Source: a bacterium HR15
Lineage (GTDB): Bacteria; Armatimonadota; Fimbriimonadia; Fimbriimonadales; GBS-DC
Assembly (NCBI GenBank): GCA_002898555.1
Contig: BEHR01000002.1
Coordinates: 9,898 to 73,897 of the forward strand
Reading direction: 5' to 3'
DNA length: 64,000 bases
Shown: piece by piece, positions 20,425-31,018 of the stretch
Layout of the letters: each line of letters starts with the position of its first letter
How positions within the stretch are numbered: the stretch's first letter is position 1
Notes under the pieces: model-generated
What the model saw: only the letters and a program-made list of their open reading frames with translations
What the model was told of the DNA's origin: nothing
The model's database searches: none
Program-made: the position numbers and the translations under genes

Positions 20425-21158
20425 CGAAACGCATGCCCGAACTGCCCGACATTCCGCTGCTGGAAGGAGACGGCGAACCGTTGGAAAGCGATTGGCATGG
20501 GGTGCAAATTAGCCTGTTGGACGAACTGGTGCGCCAGTACTGGAAGGGGCGCAGCGACTTTTTCTGCGGCGGCAATATGTTCATCTATTACAGCCGTCGG
20601 CAAGCCGAAAGCGTGTGGGAGGGGCAACCCCTTTATAAGGGTTCTGACTTCTTTGTGGTCAAAGGCGTAGATGGCACGAAGCCACGCAAGTACTGGGCAG
20701 TTTGGGACGAAGAAGGTCGCTATCCTGATGTCATTATTGAACTGCTTTCACCCACGACCGCCAAGGAAGACAAAACCCACAATAAGGAACTCTATGAACG
20801 GGTCTTTAAAACCACTGAGTATTTCTGGTACGATGTGGATACGCGGGAGCTGAAAGGCTTCCGCCTGCACGACGGGCGTTACACGCCTATCGAGCCGAAC
20901 GAGCGCGACTGGCTCTGGAGTGTGGAACTCAATGCCTACCTGGGCCTCTGGGAAGGCGAGTATCGTGGGCGACGCTACCCATGGCTGCGCCTCTATACAG
21001 CCGATGGCGTGCTGGTCCCTACCAAGGAGGAACAGGCAGAAGCGGAACGCCAGCGGGCGGAAGCAGAACATCAACGGGCAGAAGCAGAACGCCAGCGAGC
21101 AGAGCGATTCGCACAGCGGTTGCGTGAACTGGGCATCGACCCGGAGACCGTGGCATGA
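20409..21158 (+). CDS. Uma2 family (DUF820) PD-(D/E)XK endonuclease
   Basis: PLESDWH, GNMFIYY, DFFVV, PDVIIELLSP.T, EYFWYD; AEAERQR tail. Confidence 0.9.
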   Translation: MAKTLTKRMPELPDIPLLEGDGEPLESDWHGVQISLLDELVRQYWKGRSDFFCGGNMFIYYSRRQAESVWEGQPLYKGSDFFVVKGVDGTKPRKYWAVWDEEGRYPDVIIELLSPTTAKEDKTHNKELYERVFKTTEYFWYDVDTRELKGFRLHDGRYTPIEPNERDWLWSVELNAYLGLWEGEYRGRRYPWLRLYTADGVLVPTKEEQAEAERQRAEAEHQRAEAERQRAERFAQRLRELGIDPETVA

Positions 21159-22045
21159 TCGATTGGCAAAGTACTCTATGGGTTTTACTGGCAGGTGGAC
21201 TTATGGCAACCAGCTGTGCGCTCATAGGTTGCTGGCTATTGTTGCGGCGAATGGCGCTGCTGGGGGATGCGATTAGCCATGCCGTGCTGCCTGGCATCGT
21301 GCTGGCGTTCTGGCTGACGGGCAGTCGCGCGACGCTGCCGATGCTGTTGGGGGCGGGAGTCGCAGGCTTGCTTAGCACAAGTATCATTCAGTGGCTGAGC
21401 CAGCGACGATTTGTTCAATCGGACGCTGCGATAGGCATCACTTTCACCGCCCTCTTTGCACTGGGCGTGCTGCTCATCTCGCGCTACAGTGGGCAGGTCG
21501 ATTTAGACCTCGATTGCGTGCTTTACGGCGAGATTGCTTATGTGCCGTGGGACCTTTGGATAATAGGCGACACGGTGCTGGGTCCGCGTGCGATCTGGAC
21601 ACTGAGTGGCGTGTTGCTTATCACTATCCTGTTCACCACGGGGTTGTATAAAGAGCTGCTGGTCAGCACTTTTGACCCGGTTTATGCGCAGGCAGCAGGA
21701 ATTCCCACCCGCGCAATGTATCATTTATTAATGGCGGTGGTTGCCCTGGTGGTGGTTGCCAGCTTCGAGGTCGTGGGCGCGATCCTGGTGCTGGCGTTCC
21801 TTGTGGTTCCTCCGGCAACTGCGCTGTTGATTTCGCGCCGATTACCGATGATGATTCTCATGAGCGTGGTGTTTGGCTGGTTGGCGGTGCTGCTGGGCTA
21901 TATCGCTGCGCATCTGCTAAATGTGTCTATTACGGGGTCGATGGCGACCGCAAGCGGGATTCTATTTGCTTTGACGCTCCTGGCAACGGGGCTGCGAGCT
22001 GGTAAGGGCAGACCTGCCATTTCTGCCCAACGGATAGAAAGGTAG
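21155..22045 (+). CDS. Mn/Zn/Fe ABC transporter permease (TroD/MntD-like)
   Basis: ALLGDAISHAVLPG, DLDLDCVLYGEI, YKELLVSTFD. Confidence 0.88.
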   Translation: MIDWQSTLWVLLAGGLMATSCALIGCWLLLRRMALLGDAISHAVLPGIVLAFWLTGSRATLPMLLGAGVAGLLSTSIIQWLSQRRFVQSDAAIGITFTALFALGVLLISRYSGQVDLDLDCVLYGEIAYVPWDLWIIGDTVLGPRAIWTLSGVLLITILFTTGLYKELLVSTFDPVYAQAAGIPTRAMYHLLMAVVALVVVASFEVVGAILVLAFLVVPPATALLISRRLPMMILMSVVFGWLAVLLGYIAAHLLNVSITGSMATASGILFALTLLATGLRAGKGRPAISAQRIER

Positions 22046-22070
22046 ACCGGCGCGTCTACCTGCTTCGGAG

Positions 22071-22694
22071 GTGAAGGCATTGGCAAATCGTGAGCGTGGT
22101 TTACTCATCGTGCTTTCGGGTCCGGCAGGGGTCGGTAAAGACACCCTCATAGAGCAGTGGCAGCTGGTCGCCCCTAACTTGCGGCGACTGGTGACCTACA
22201 CCACGCGCCCCCGCACGCCAGGCGAGCGACACGGGCTGGATTATTACTTCGTCAGCGAGCAGGAGTTCCAGCAGCTGATTCAAGAGGGCGCGTTCCTGGA
22301 GTACGCCCATGTGCATGGGCACTGGTATGGCACGCCTCTACGCGAGATGCGGGAGTGGCGCGAGCGTGGTTATGATGTGGTGCTGCGCATCGATGTGCAA
22401 GGCGGAATGCAGGTCAAGCAGCAGTTTCCTGAAGCGGTGCTGATCTTTGTCGCGCCCCCCTCATTAGAAGAGCTGGAGACACGCTTGCGCAAGCGTGGAC
22501 GCGACGACGAAGCAGCCATCCAACTCCGACTGGAGAACGCACGCAAAGAGATGGAGTATATCCCGCAGTACGACTATTGCATTATCAACGATGACCTGAA
22601 CCGTGCGCTGGAGACGCTGCGCTGCATCCTGATTGCGGAACGGCACCGGGTTCGGACCCAACCATCGGGGGAATCCATCGCCCAGAGTGCATAA
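22071..22694 (+). CDS. gmk: guanylate kinase
   Basis: SGPAGVGK, TTRPR.PGE..GLDYYF, YGTP, IDVQG. Confidence 0.96.
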   Translation: MKALANRERGLLIVLSGPAGVGKDTLIEQWQLVAPNLRRLVTYTTRPRTPGERHGLDYYFVSEQEFQQLIQEGAFLEYAHVHGHWYGTPLREMREWRERGYDVVLRIDVQGGMQVKQQFPEAVLIFVAPPSLEELETRLRKRGRDDEAAIQLRLENARKEMEYIPQYDYCIINDDLNRALETLRCILIAERHRVRTQPSGESIAQSA

Positions 22695-22708
22695 GCAGCG
22701 CTATCCGA

Positions 22709-22761
22709 TGAAATTTTTTCTCTGGGGTACTCCGCGCAGCGGGGTCAGAGAAAAAATTTCA
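22709..22761 (+). repeat. 53-bp palindromic element (family A)
   Basis: near-identical to 12554-12606. Confidence 0.95.
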
Positions 22762-22780
22762 GGTGCCCGACGGAACCGAC

Positions 22781-23458
22781 ATGGAGCGACCATCGCGTGC
22801 AACTCGCACACCTGCCACGCGGAGCAAACCCTCCGCGAGGCAAGCCGAGGGCTATGTGAAGCATCGGCTGGGACGGCTGATTAAGGTGGTGCGCCCAACG
22901 CCCATCTATCAGCGTCCCGATCCGCATGCGCCCATCTATTGGTATGTGCCTGCCCGTTATTATCTCATGATGCAGCAGCAGCGGGGTAGTTGGTGCGGGG
23001 TGCTCATGCAAAATGGGACGCTTGGCTGGCTACCGCGCCGTGCGGTACAGTTTACCCCCTACGAAGTGCTCTATACCCTGCCGCGGGGGGTGGACCCAAA
23101 CTATGTTACGCGCCTTGCGATGCAATACCTGGGTGTGCGTTATCGCTGGGGCGGCAACGACCCACGCACCGGGATGGACTGCTCTGGCTTCGTGAAGCTG
23201 GTTTATGAACAGTTAGGTGTTCCGCTGCCGCGCCGTGCCCGCGAGCAAGCTTTGAAGGGCATCCCGATTACCCGCATCCAACATTTGCAACCGGGCGACC
23301 GCCTCTACTTCTCAGTCAAGGGCAAAGAGATTGACCACACAGGCATCTATATCGGCGATGGCTACTTCATCCACAGTGCGCGCTCGCGTGGCGGCGTTGC
23401 GATTGACCACTTGAGCCATCCACTTTATCGCAGGAGCCTGGTCGCTGCGCGTCGATAG
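22781..23458 (+). CDS. NlpC/P60 (C40) peptidase with SH3-like N-terminal domain
   Basis: YLGVRYRWGG, DCSGFV, PGD.LYF, HTGIYIG, FIHS. Confidence 0.9.
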   Translation: MERPSRATRTPATRSKPSARQAEGYVKHRLGRLIKVVRPTPIYQRPDPHAPIYWYVPARYYLMMQQQRGSWCGVLMQNGTLGWLPRRAVQFTPYEVLYTLPRGVDPNYVTRLAMQYLGVRYRWGGNDPRTGMDCSGFVKLVYEQLGVPLPRRAREQALKGIPITRIQHLQPGDRLYFSVKGKEIDHTGIYIGDGYFIHSARSRGGVAIDHLSHPLYRRSLVAARR

Positions 23459-23623
23459 TACATGCGCGTTCGTAGGTGGAGGCGCGTGGACAGCCGGGCA
23501 CGGTGCTGCCCCTGCGCCCTTCGCCCTGCTGCGCACGCTGCCTGTTCTACACAGGAACTCTTTTGCACAGACCTGTCGGCAATGCAAACGGCTTCACAGG
23601 TAAACTTAAAGCGGAGGGCAGCG

Positions 23624-25150
23624 ATGACAGCATGTCTGCGATGGATTAGCGGCATGGCGATTACGATGGGGATGCTCCACGCTCAACCGCCCTATAACAC
23701 ACTCCCCGACTGGCGCTCTGATGATCGGCACTACGCCACAGGAGGCGTGTTTGCGGATATCGACCGCGACGGACTGCTCGACTTTGTAGTGTCCAACGGC
23801 AACGACATGGCGCGCGAGCGGGTCGCTGTGTACTACAATCGCAACGGCATCTTGGAGACGACACCCAGCTGGCAATCCAGCGATATTGGCTATCACGGAC
23901 ACCTCGCGGTCGGCGATATGAACGGCGACGGCTGGCTGGATGTAGCGGTAACACTCTTGAGACCACAGGGCGGGCCAGGGGTGAAGGTGTATTTGAATCA
24001 GCAAGGTACACTCTCATCTTCACCGAGCTGGACCGCAGCGATTTCGTTCCCCAGCTGGTGGTGCGCGTGGGGTGATGTAGATAGCGACGGCGATTTGGAT
24101 TTGGCAGTGGGAGCGACCTGGCCCTACGGCTCGCAGCCTCAAACGCGCCATTACATTTTCTACAATCAAGGTGGGACGCTGGAGCGCACGCCCCGCTGGC
24201 AGCTCGACGGCGTGCCCGAGGTGGCACATATGGAGTTCTGCGATGTCGACGACGACGGCGACTTAGACCTCGTACTCGCAGCACGGTCGGGCAACGCTGT
24301 TTATCTGAACACTGGTGGCGTTATTTCTACCACACCTCACTGGGTGAGCACGGATAATAACCAGCAGTTTGCAAACACGCTGGCGCTCGGCGATGTCTCG
24401 GGCGACGGACGCCCCGACCTGATTGTGAGTGACAACAACCAGCTCACAGGCGGCTCGGGCTTTCATAAACTCTATCGGCAGGTCAACGGCGGTATTTACG
24501 AATCGACCCCCAGCTGGCAATTCTTTGACGGCTACGCATCCGCGGTGGCACTGGCGGATATTGACAGCGACGGCAGGCTCGACTTAGCCGTAGGCAAGTG
24601 GTGGGGAACGGTGCGCCTATTCCTCAATCAGGGAACAGGGTTCGCTAACACTCCCAGCTGGACATCCGGTGTGTCGTTGGTGGTAGAAGCCATTTGTTTC
24701 GGCGATTTAAACCGCGATGGTGTCCAACAAGCCACCTTTCGCTCCTCTGCGCCCCGTAAACTGTTCTATCTGGGCAGGCAACCCGTGCAGCGTATCTTGC
24801 GCGTGGTGGTCGACGGACAGGAACTGGCACCAAATCAGTTCTGCTACAATCTGCGCTACGGCTGGGTCTCTTTGGCGATCGCCCCCATGAACGAGGTGCA
24901 GATAGAGTACGAATATTCCACGCGCATGGAAATGGGCGTCACTGACTGGGAGCGCCGCGGCAATATTGTGTTCTATCACCGCCAGCCAGGCGATGTGGAC
25001 AACAACGGCTGCGTGGACGATGCCGACCTCTTGCGTGTGCTGTTCGCGTTCGGACTGATTGGCGCATATCCAGAAGACCTAACACTGGATGGTACGGTGG
25101 ACGATGAAGACCTCCTGATCGTTCTGTTTAACTTTGGCAGCGGGTGTTGA
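23624..25150 (+). CDS. secreted FG-GAP/VCBS repeat protein with tandem dockerin-like C-terminal tag
   Basis: repeated GD.D.DGDLDL.V; GDVDNNGCVDDADLLRVLFAFG...DGTVDDEDLLIVLFNFGSGC. Confidence 0.88.
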   Translation: MTACLRWISGMAITMGMLHAQPPYNTLPDWRSDDRHYATGGVFADIDRDGLLDFVVSNGNDMARERVAVYYNRNGILETTPSWQSSDIGYHGHLAVGDMNGDGWLDVAVTLLRPQGGPGVKVYLNQQGTLSSSPSWTAAISFPSWWCAWGDVDSDGDLDLAVGATWPYGSQPQTRHYIFYNQGGTLERTPRWQLDGVPEVAHMEFCDVDDDGDLDLVLAARSGNAVYLNTGGVISTTPHWVSTDNNQQFANTLALGDVSGDGRPDLIVSDNNQLTGGSGFHKLYRQVNGGIYESTPSWQFFDGYASAVALADIDSDGRLDLAVGKWWGTVRLFLNQGTGFANTPSWTSGVSLVVEAICFGDLNRDGVQQATFRSSAPRKLFYLGRQPVQRILRVVVDGQELAPNQFCYNLRYGWVSLAIAPMNEVQIEYEYSTRMEMGVTDWERRGNIVFYHRQPGDVDNNGCVDDADLLRVLFAFGLIGAYPEDLTLDGTVDDEDLLIVLFNFGSGC

Positions 25151-25174
25151 GTGCAAGCGAATAGCGAGTTGGAT

Positions 25175-25350
25175 GGCGGGGCTGCCAGGTGCCCGAGATG
25201 AACGGTTATGAGGCGAAGCGCGTGTTGCGCGAGCGCGGGCATGCCGATCGTTGCGTTCACCGCCAACGCTTTGGAAAGTGACTGCAAAAAGTGCCTTGCT
25301 TGCAGCATGCGCGATTACCTGAGCAAGCTCATTCAAGAGGACGCCCTGCA
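25175..25350 (+). pseudogene. decayed receiver (REC) domain fragment of a hybrid kinase
   Basis: CQVPEMNGYE and, in another frame, PIVAFTANALESDCKKCLACSMRDYLSK resemble MDCQMPEMDGYE...PIIAMTANA..DREKCL.AGMDDYLSKP. Confidence 0.65.
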
Positions 25351-25354
25351 CGCC

Positions 25355-26494
25355 CTAAACGATCCGTCGTTCCACGATCGCGACGGGATCAAAAGTGCGC
25401 AGTCGCCAGCCGATAGTGCCCAGCGCAAAAAGGAGCACCATGATCGGCACGGGCAGCGTGTAGCGGTAGGCGATGGGATCCAACGGCTCCAGGTAGAGCC
25501 CGCGCGGCTCCATCACGCTCGATTTCGCCCAGCTCAACACACCAAATGCCACCACTACTCCGAGCACCCAGCTGAGTAGCACGATAAGGATGGTTTCCGA
25601 AGAGACTCGTATGAGTAAACTCCGTCGTGTATAGCCGATCGCCTGCAACAGCCCGAACTCTACCAGCCGCTGCTGGAAATAGATGTTTGCCAACAACCCT
25701 GTCATTGTTGCCAGCATCAGCGACACCAGCATGACCACAACCCCCGTGATGAAATAGAGGTTCCTGAATGCGCGGTGGGTCTCCTGTTGCAGCTCGGCGT
25801 AGGTCCACACACGCGCCTGCTTGCCACGCAGGTGCTCGCGCAGCCACCGGTCCAGCTTCGGCTGCTGGCGTACATTAGCAGCGAACACCAGCAAGTTGCG
25901 CAGTGGCGGGAAGAAGTGGGTGCGGGTGAACTCTTCGGTGGTAATTGCCAGCCATGTGTCGCCCTTCAGCACACCCACCACGCGCACTGGCACAGGCGAA
26001 TATTGGTCGGGGGTGAGCGGTGACAGCACCACATCGCCCAGTCGCAGCTTTTTGTTGCGCATCAGGGGTTCCGAGAGGGCGACTTCGGGCGCGCCTGGGG
26101 CGGGGTAACGCCCCGCGCCCAGCGTCAGCCCGCAGCGGGAAACAAGCTGCTCCATCTTATTGGGAGGCACACCGAAGATAACGAAAGGCATCTTGCCCAC
26201 GATCGTCTCCGCGTTCATAAAGCAAACAATCGTCTCATACACTTCGCCCACGCCGGGCGCGCGTTCCACCAGTGCACGCAATTCAGGCTTCAGCATCTCA
26301 CCTCCACGCGGCGTCACCGCGGCGAAATAGCGGTTATAGTCATAGATTTTGAGAATGGTCCGGTCGATGGAGTTGAGCAGGGCAACCACACTGGCAATGG
26401 TCAATACCGCCATCGCCAGCACTAAAGCCAGAGGTAGGCTCCGCCCCGGATTGCGCAACAGGAACAGCACAGGGGAAAGGGGATGACGCTTCAT
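25355..26494 (-). CDS. ABC transporter permease, FtsX/MacB-like
   Basis: N-terminal TM, periplasmic domain, QRLVEFGLLQAIGY motif, 3 C-terminal TMs. Confidence 0.88.
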   Translation of the reverse strand: MKRHPLSPVLFLLRNPGRSLPLALVLAMAVLTIASVVALLNSIDRTILKIYDYNRYFAAVTPRGGEMLKPELRALVERAPGVGEVYETIVCFMNAETIVGKMPFVIFGVPPNKMEQLVSRCGLTLGAGRYPAPGAPEVALSEPLMRNKKLRLGDVVLSPLTPDQYSPVPVRVVGVLKGDTWLAITTEEFTRTHFFPPLRNLLVFAANVRQQPKLDRWLREHLRGKQARVWTYAELQQETHRAFRNLYFITGVVVMLVSLMLATMTGLLANIYFQQRLVEFGLLQAIGYTRRSLLIRVSSETILIVLLSWVLGVVVAFGVLSWAKSSVMEPRGLYLEPLDPIAYRYTLPVPIMVLLFALGTIGWRLRTFDPVAIVERRIV

Positions 26495-26535
26495 CACGCA
26501 CAATTGTACCCCAGCATGGGCTATAATTAGGTGTT

Positions 26536-28743
26536 ATGCGACGGCAAATGGTTCTCTGGTGTGTATTGGTGCTGGCGATACCTGTTTGGGCAGGCGCAGG
26601 ACATGAATGGTGCAGCCGAGCGCGCCCTATCGCGCCACTTACCGCGGACGCCTTCCCCATCTGGACACCACCCCTGCTGCAAGACCCAACCCTGACCGAT
26701 GTGCTTCATTACGATCTCACGCTGGAGGTCCGCCCCAGCACGCAAGAACTGATTGGCTCCTGTGTGATGACGGTCAAGGTGAAGCAGCCAACCCTCAACG
26801 CGTTTCGGTTCCGCCTGCGCGAAAATTTCACGATAACGAGCCTGCAACTCGACGGGCGTCCGATCCCCTTCACACGCGAAAGCATCACCACGGTCCGAGC
26901 GAACTTTGACCGCCCCTACACACTGGACGAAGTATTCCAACTGCGTGTGGACTACCAGGGAGTGCCCGTTTCGCGCGGCTTCGGTTCTATTGAGTTCACG
27001 ACGCGCTCGTCGGGGGCGACAATCGTGTGGACATTAAGTGAGCCGTGGTACGCTTACACATGGTGGCCCGCCAAGGATGAGAACACTGACAAGGCGACGC
27101 TCACCTTCTCTATCATCGTGCCTGACAATATGGTCGTCGCGGCGAACGGAGTCCTGCAAGGAGTGGATACCTTGCCGAATAATCGGCTACGCTACCGTTA
27201 TCGGCACGACTATCCTATTACGGTTTATCTGGTAGCGTTCAGCGCGACAAACTATAACACATGGACGCGCACCTTTAGCTATCACGGCAATACCATGCCT
27301 GTGGTGTTCTACATCTACCCCGAAAACGACTCGGCAAGCAACCGTGCAGCGTGGGAGCTGTGTATCCCGATGTTAGGCACTTTCAGCGACCTGTTCGGCG
27401 TGTACCCATTCATTAACGAGAAATATGGCATTTACCAGTTCCCCTTTGGAGGTGGCATGGAGCATCAGACTATCACTGGTCAAGGCGGTTTCGGTGAGTC
27501 GCTCACGGCGCATGAGCTGGCGCACCAGTGGTGGGGTGATATGGTGACATGTGCCACATGGCACGACATCTGGTTGAACGAGGGCTTTGCTACCTATTCG
27601 GAAGCCCTTTGGCAAGAGTTCAAACCAGGCAGCAGCGGGTTCCCCGCACTCAAAGCGGCGATGCAGGCACGACGCCCCTCAAGTGTCAACGGCAGCGTTT
27701 ACCGCTATGATATCAGCAGCATTAACACCATTTTTGATTCCAACTTCAGTTATCGCAAGGGAGCGTGGGTGCTCCATCAGTTGCGCTGGGTGCTGGGCGA
27801 TACGCGCTTTTTCGAGCTGCTGCGCCAGTATCGGCAGCAGTTTGAGTACAGCAGCGCGACCACCGAAGATTTTATTGCGGTCGCGGAGCAGCTCTACGGC
27901 GGGCCGATGCGCTGGTTCTTTGACCCGTGGGTATATGGCGTGGGCGCGCCCGATTACCGTTGGGGCTGGAGCAGCACCCGCGTGAACAATCGCGATTACC
28001 TGCTGCTTTCCGTTCGACAGGTGCAGCCGAGCAGCTACGGGCTGTACACAATGCCGATTGGCATCCGTGCAACGGTTGGTGGCAACAATCAGGACCTGCG
28101 CATCTGGAACAGCGCCGCCACGCAGTATTATGTGCTGCCTGTGAACGGCTCCGTCACCGCCGTGCAATTCGATCCCGACGAGTGGATCCTGAAGGTGGGT
28201 GTGGCACAGGAGTCGTATCAGCCTGGTCCGCCCGTGATTGTGGAGACAGTGCCATCGCCGGGCACTTTGACGAATGCACCGACGCAGTTCGCGCTCTATT
28301 TCCAAACGGATGTGCAAGCCACCGCCACCGATTTCAATCTGTCGGGCAGCACAACTGGTGCGGTTCCCTTCACCTTCAGCTACGACAGCGCGAATCGTCG
28401 CGCGCTGATTACGCCGAATACCCCGCTAAAGCCCGATCTCTATACCCTGCGTGTACGCGACACGGTGCGCGCCAACGATTCGGGACTGTCGCTGGATGGC
28501 GAAGTTTTTGATGAGTTGCCCACGGGCGACGGTGTGCCGGGGGGCGAGGCAAATTTGCCATTTAGATTGTTGGCAGTGAATGGCGATGTAGATGGCAACG
28601 GCTGTGTGGAGGATGCGGACCTGCTGAGGGTGCTGTTTGCTTTCGGTAGTACAGGCGCATTGCCTGAAGACACAAATGGCGACAATCAAGTGGATGATGT
28701 GGATCTGTTGACGGTGCTGTTCCACTTTGGCAGTGGGTGCTGA
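26536..28743 (+). CDS. secreted M1 metallo-aminopeptidase with Ig-like domain and tandem dockerin-like tag
   Basis: GGMEH, HELAHQWWG, WLNEGFATY, YRKGA; C-terminal GDVDGNGCVEDADLLRVLFAFG...VDDVDLLTVLFHFGSGC. Confidence 0.92.
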   Translation: MRRQMVLWCVLVLAIPVWAGAGHEWCSRARPIAPLTADAFPIWTPPLLQDPTLTDVLHYDLTLEVRPSTQELIGSCVMTVKVKQPTLNAFRFRLRENFTITSLQLDGRPIPFTRESITTVRANFDRPYTLDEVFQLRVDYQGVPVSRGFGSIEFTTRSSGATIVWTLSEPWYAYTWWPAKDENTDKATLTFSIIVPDNMVVAANGVLQGVDTLPNNRLRYRYRHDYPITVYLVAFSATNYNTWTRTFSYHGNTMPVVFYIYPENDSASNRAAWELCIPMLGTFSDLFGVYPFINEKYGIYQFPFGGGMEHQTITGQGGFGESLTAHELAHQWWGDMVTCATWHDIWLNEGFATYSEALWQEFKPGSSGFPALKAAMQARRPSSVNGSVYRYDISSINTIFDSNFSYRKGAWVLHQLRWVLGDTRFFELLRQYRQQFEYSSATTEDFIAVAEQLYGGPMRWFFDPWVYGVGAPDYRWGWSSTRVNNRDYLLLSVRQVQPSSYGLYTMPIGIRATVGGNNQDLRIWNSAATQYYVLPVNGSVTAVQFDPDEWILKVGVAQESYQPGPPVIVETVPSPGTLTNAPTQFALYFQTDVQATATDFNLSGSTTGAVPFTFSYDSANRRALITPNTPLKPDLYTLRVRDTVRANDSGLSLDGEVFDELPTGDGVPGGEANLPFRLLAVNGDVDGNGCVEDADLLRVLFAFGSTGALPEDTNGDNQVDDVDLLTVLFHFGSGC

Positions 28744-28806
28744 GAGTCCGTTGCGATGGCAGGAAGAAACACCCGTCGTGGCGAATCAAGCTCATGAGGT
28801 GAGACG

Positions 28807-30759
28807 ATGGAAACAACAACCATTGAGGCATTGCTGCAGGAACAGCGGGTGTTCCCGCCTTCAGAGGAGTTTGTGCGTCAGGCAAATGTCAGCGACCCGT
28901 CCATCTATGAAGAAGCGTCGCGCGATTACGAAGCCTTCTGGGCAAAATGTGCTGAGATTCTCGACTGGTACGAAAGATGGCACACCGTGTTGGAATGGAA
29001 CCCACCTTACGCCAAATGGTTCATAGGTGGCAAGTTGAACGCCTGCTATAACTGTGTCGACCGCCATGTGAAAACCTGGCGGCGCAACAAAGCCGCCCTT
29101 ATTTGGGAAGGCGAACCGGGCGAGGAGCGTGTATTGACCTACGGCGATCTCCACCGAGAAGTGCAGAAGTTCGCCAATGTGCTGAAATCGCTGGGTGTGC
29201 GCAAGGGCGACCGCGTCTGCATCTATATGCCGATGGTGCCCGAAGTGGTGATCGCCATGCTTGCCTGCGCCCGCATCGGGGCTCCCCACTCCGTCGTGTT
29301 CGGCGGATTCAGCGCGGAAAGCCTCACCGACCGCATTAACGATGCCCAAGCCAAACTCCTTATCACCGCTGATGGCGGCTGGCGACGGGGCAATATCGTC
29401 CCTCTCAAGCGCAACGCAGATGATGCCCTGCGCAATGCGCCCTCCATCGAGAAGGTCATCGTGTTCCAGCGTATTGGAGGCGACTACATGGTGCCCATGC
29501 AAGAAGGGCGCGACCTCTGGTGGCACGAACTCATGGCAAACGCACCGCTCACCTGTGAACCTGAGCCGATGGACAGCGAAGATCTCCTCTACCTGCTCTA
29601 CACTTCCGGCTCCACAGGCAAGCCCAAAGGCATCATGCACACCACAGGCGGCTATCTCGTCGGCGTTGCCATCACCACCAAATGGGTGTTCGATATCAAA
29701 GACGAGGACATTTACTGGTGCACTGCTGATGTTGGCTGGGTAACGGGGCACAGCTATATCGTCTATGGACCGCTTGCCATTGGGGCAACCGCCCTGATGT
29801 ATGAAGGCGCGCCCGACTACCCCGACCGCGACCGCTTCTGGGCGATTGTGGAGAAGTACCGCGTGAACATTCTCTACACGGCACCAACCGCTATCCGCGC
29901 CTTCATGAAGTGGGGCGAACAGTACCCCCAACGCCACGATCTGAGCAGCTTGCGCCTGCTTGGCACTGTGGGCGAGCCGATTAACCCCGAAGCATGGATG
30001 TGGTACCACGAACATATCGGTGGCGGTCGCTGCCCCATCGTCGACACCTGGTGGCAAACCGAAACCGGCATGATTCTCATCACACCCCTGCCCGGCATCA
30101 CCGCGACGAAGCCTGGCTCCGCCACAAAGCCCTTCCCTGGGGTCTTTCCCGACATCCTGGACGAGCAGGGCAACCCCACGCCGCCGGGCAGAGGCGGCTA
30201 CCTCGTGCTGACGCGCCCCTGGCCTGCGATGACGCGCGGACTGTATGGCGACCCTGAACGCTTCCAGCAAATCTATTGGAGCAAATACCCAGGCATCTAC
30301 TTCACAGGCGACGGTGCAAAGCGCGATGAAGACGGCTACTTCTGGCTGCTTGGGCGCGTGGACGATGTAATCAATGTCGCTGGGCACCGCCTTAGCACGA
30401 TGGAAATCGAGAGCGCGTTGGTGGATCATCCTGCCGTCGCGGAAGCCGCGGTCATCGGCAAACACCATGAAATCAAAGGGCAAGCGGTTGCCGCCTTCGT
30501 CATCATCAAGGAGGGTTATCGCGCGGACGAACAGCTCCGTGAGGAACTTAAGCAGCATGTCGCCGCGAAAATCGGTGCGATTGCCCGCCCCGATGATGTA
30601 ATCTTCACCGCCGACCTGCCCAAAACTCGCAGCGGCAAAATCATGCGCCGCCTGCTGCGCGACATCGCCGAAGGACGCGCCCTCGGCGACACCACCACCC
30701 TCGCCGACCCTGCCGTCGTACAAGCACTCAAAGAAAAATATGAAGGGCAGGAGGAGTAA
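28807..30759 (+). CDS. acs: acetyl-CoA synthetase
   Basis: [31 protein letters not shown]. Confidence 0.97.
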   Translation: METTTIEALLQEQRVFPPSEEFVRQANVSDPSIYEEASRDYEAFWAKCAEILDWYERWHTVLEWNPPYAKWFIGGKLNACYNCVDRHVKTWRRNKAALIWEGEPGEERVLTYGDLHREVQKFANVLKSLGVRKGDRVCIYMPMVPEVVIAMLACARIGAPHSVVFGGFSAESLTDRINDAQAKLLITADGGWRRGNIVPLKRNADDALRNAPSIEKVIVFQRIGGDYMVPMQEGRDLWWHELMANAPLTCEPEPMDSEDLLYLLYTSGSTGKPKGIMHTTGGYLVGVAITTKWVFDIKDEDIYWCTADVGWVTGHSYIVYGPLAIGATALMYEGAPDYPDRDRFWAIVEKYRVNILYTAPTAIRAFMKWGEQYPQRHDLSSLRLLGTVGEPINPEAWMWYHEHIGGGRCPIVDTWWQTETGMILITPLPGITATKPGSATKPFPGVFPDILDEQGNPTPPGRGGYLVLTRPWPAMTRGLYGDPERFQQIYWSKYPGIYFTGDGAKRDEDGYFWLLGRVDDVINVAGHRLSTMEIESALVDHPAVAEAAVIGKHHEIKGQAVAAFVIIKEGYRADEQLREELKQHVAAKIGAIARPDDVIFTADLPKTRSGKIMRRLLRDIAEGRALGDTTTLADPAVVQALKEKYEGQEE

Positions 30760-30856
30760 CGCGCTTAGCTCATTGACTCCGCCCCTCCGACCGAAGGGTT
30801 CGAAATGCTGTGGCGAGTGGAGGGTGGGGCTGCCGGCCGAGCCGTTGGGAGGTTTT

Positions 30857-30982
30857 GTGGGGCATACACCCAGGTCTGCCCCTACAAGGTTGTGGGATGG
30901 GGTGCAAGGGCGCACCTGCGTGTGCGCCCCCCTTCTGCCCCGATAACCCATCCTGTAGGGGCGCACCGATGTGTGTGTCCTA
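30857..30982. repeat. cluster of three GTAG-type REP-like palindromes
   Basis: GTGGGGCATACACCCAGGTCTGCCCCTAC; GCAAGGGCGCACCTGCGTGTGCGCCC; GTAGGGGCGCACCGATGTGTGTGTCC. Confidence 0.75.
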
Positions 30983-31018
30983 TTCCCCAATGTGGAAGAA
31001 TCCCCTCTGGCAGCAGCA

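Noticed and set aside
28861-30990. 709-aa minus-strand ORF and similar long antisense ORFs
   Set aside because: These are shadow ORFs opposite well-supported genes such as acs, expected from GC-rich codon bias.
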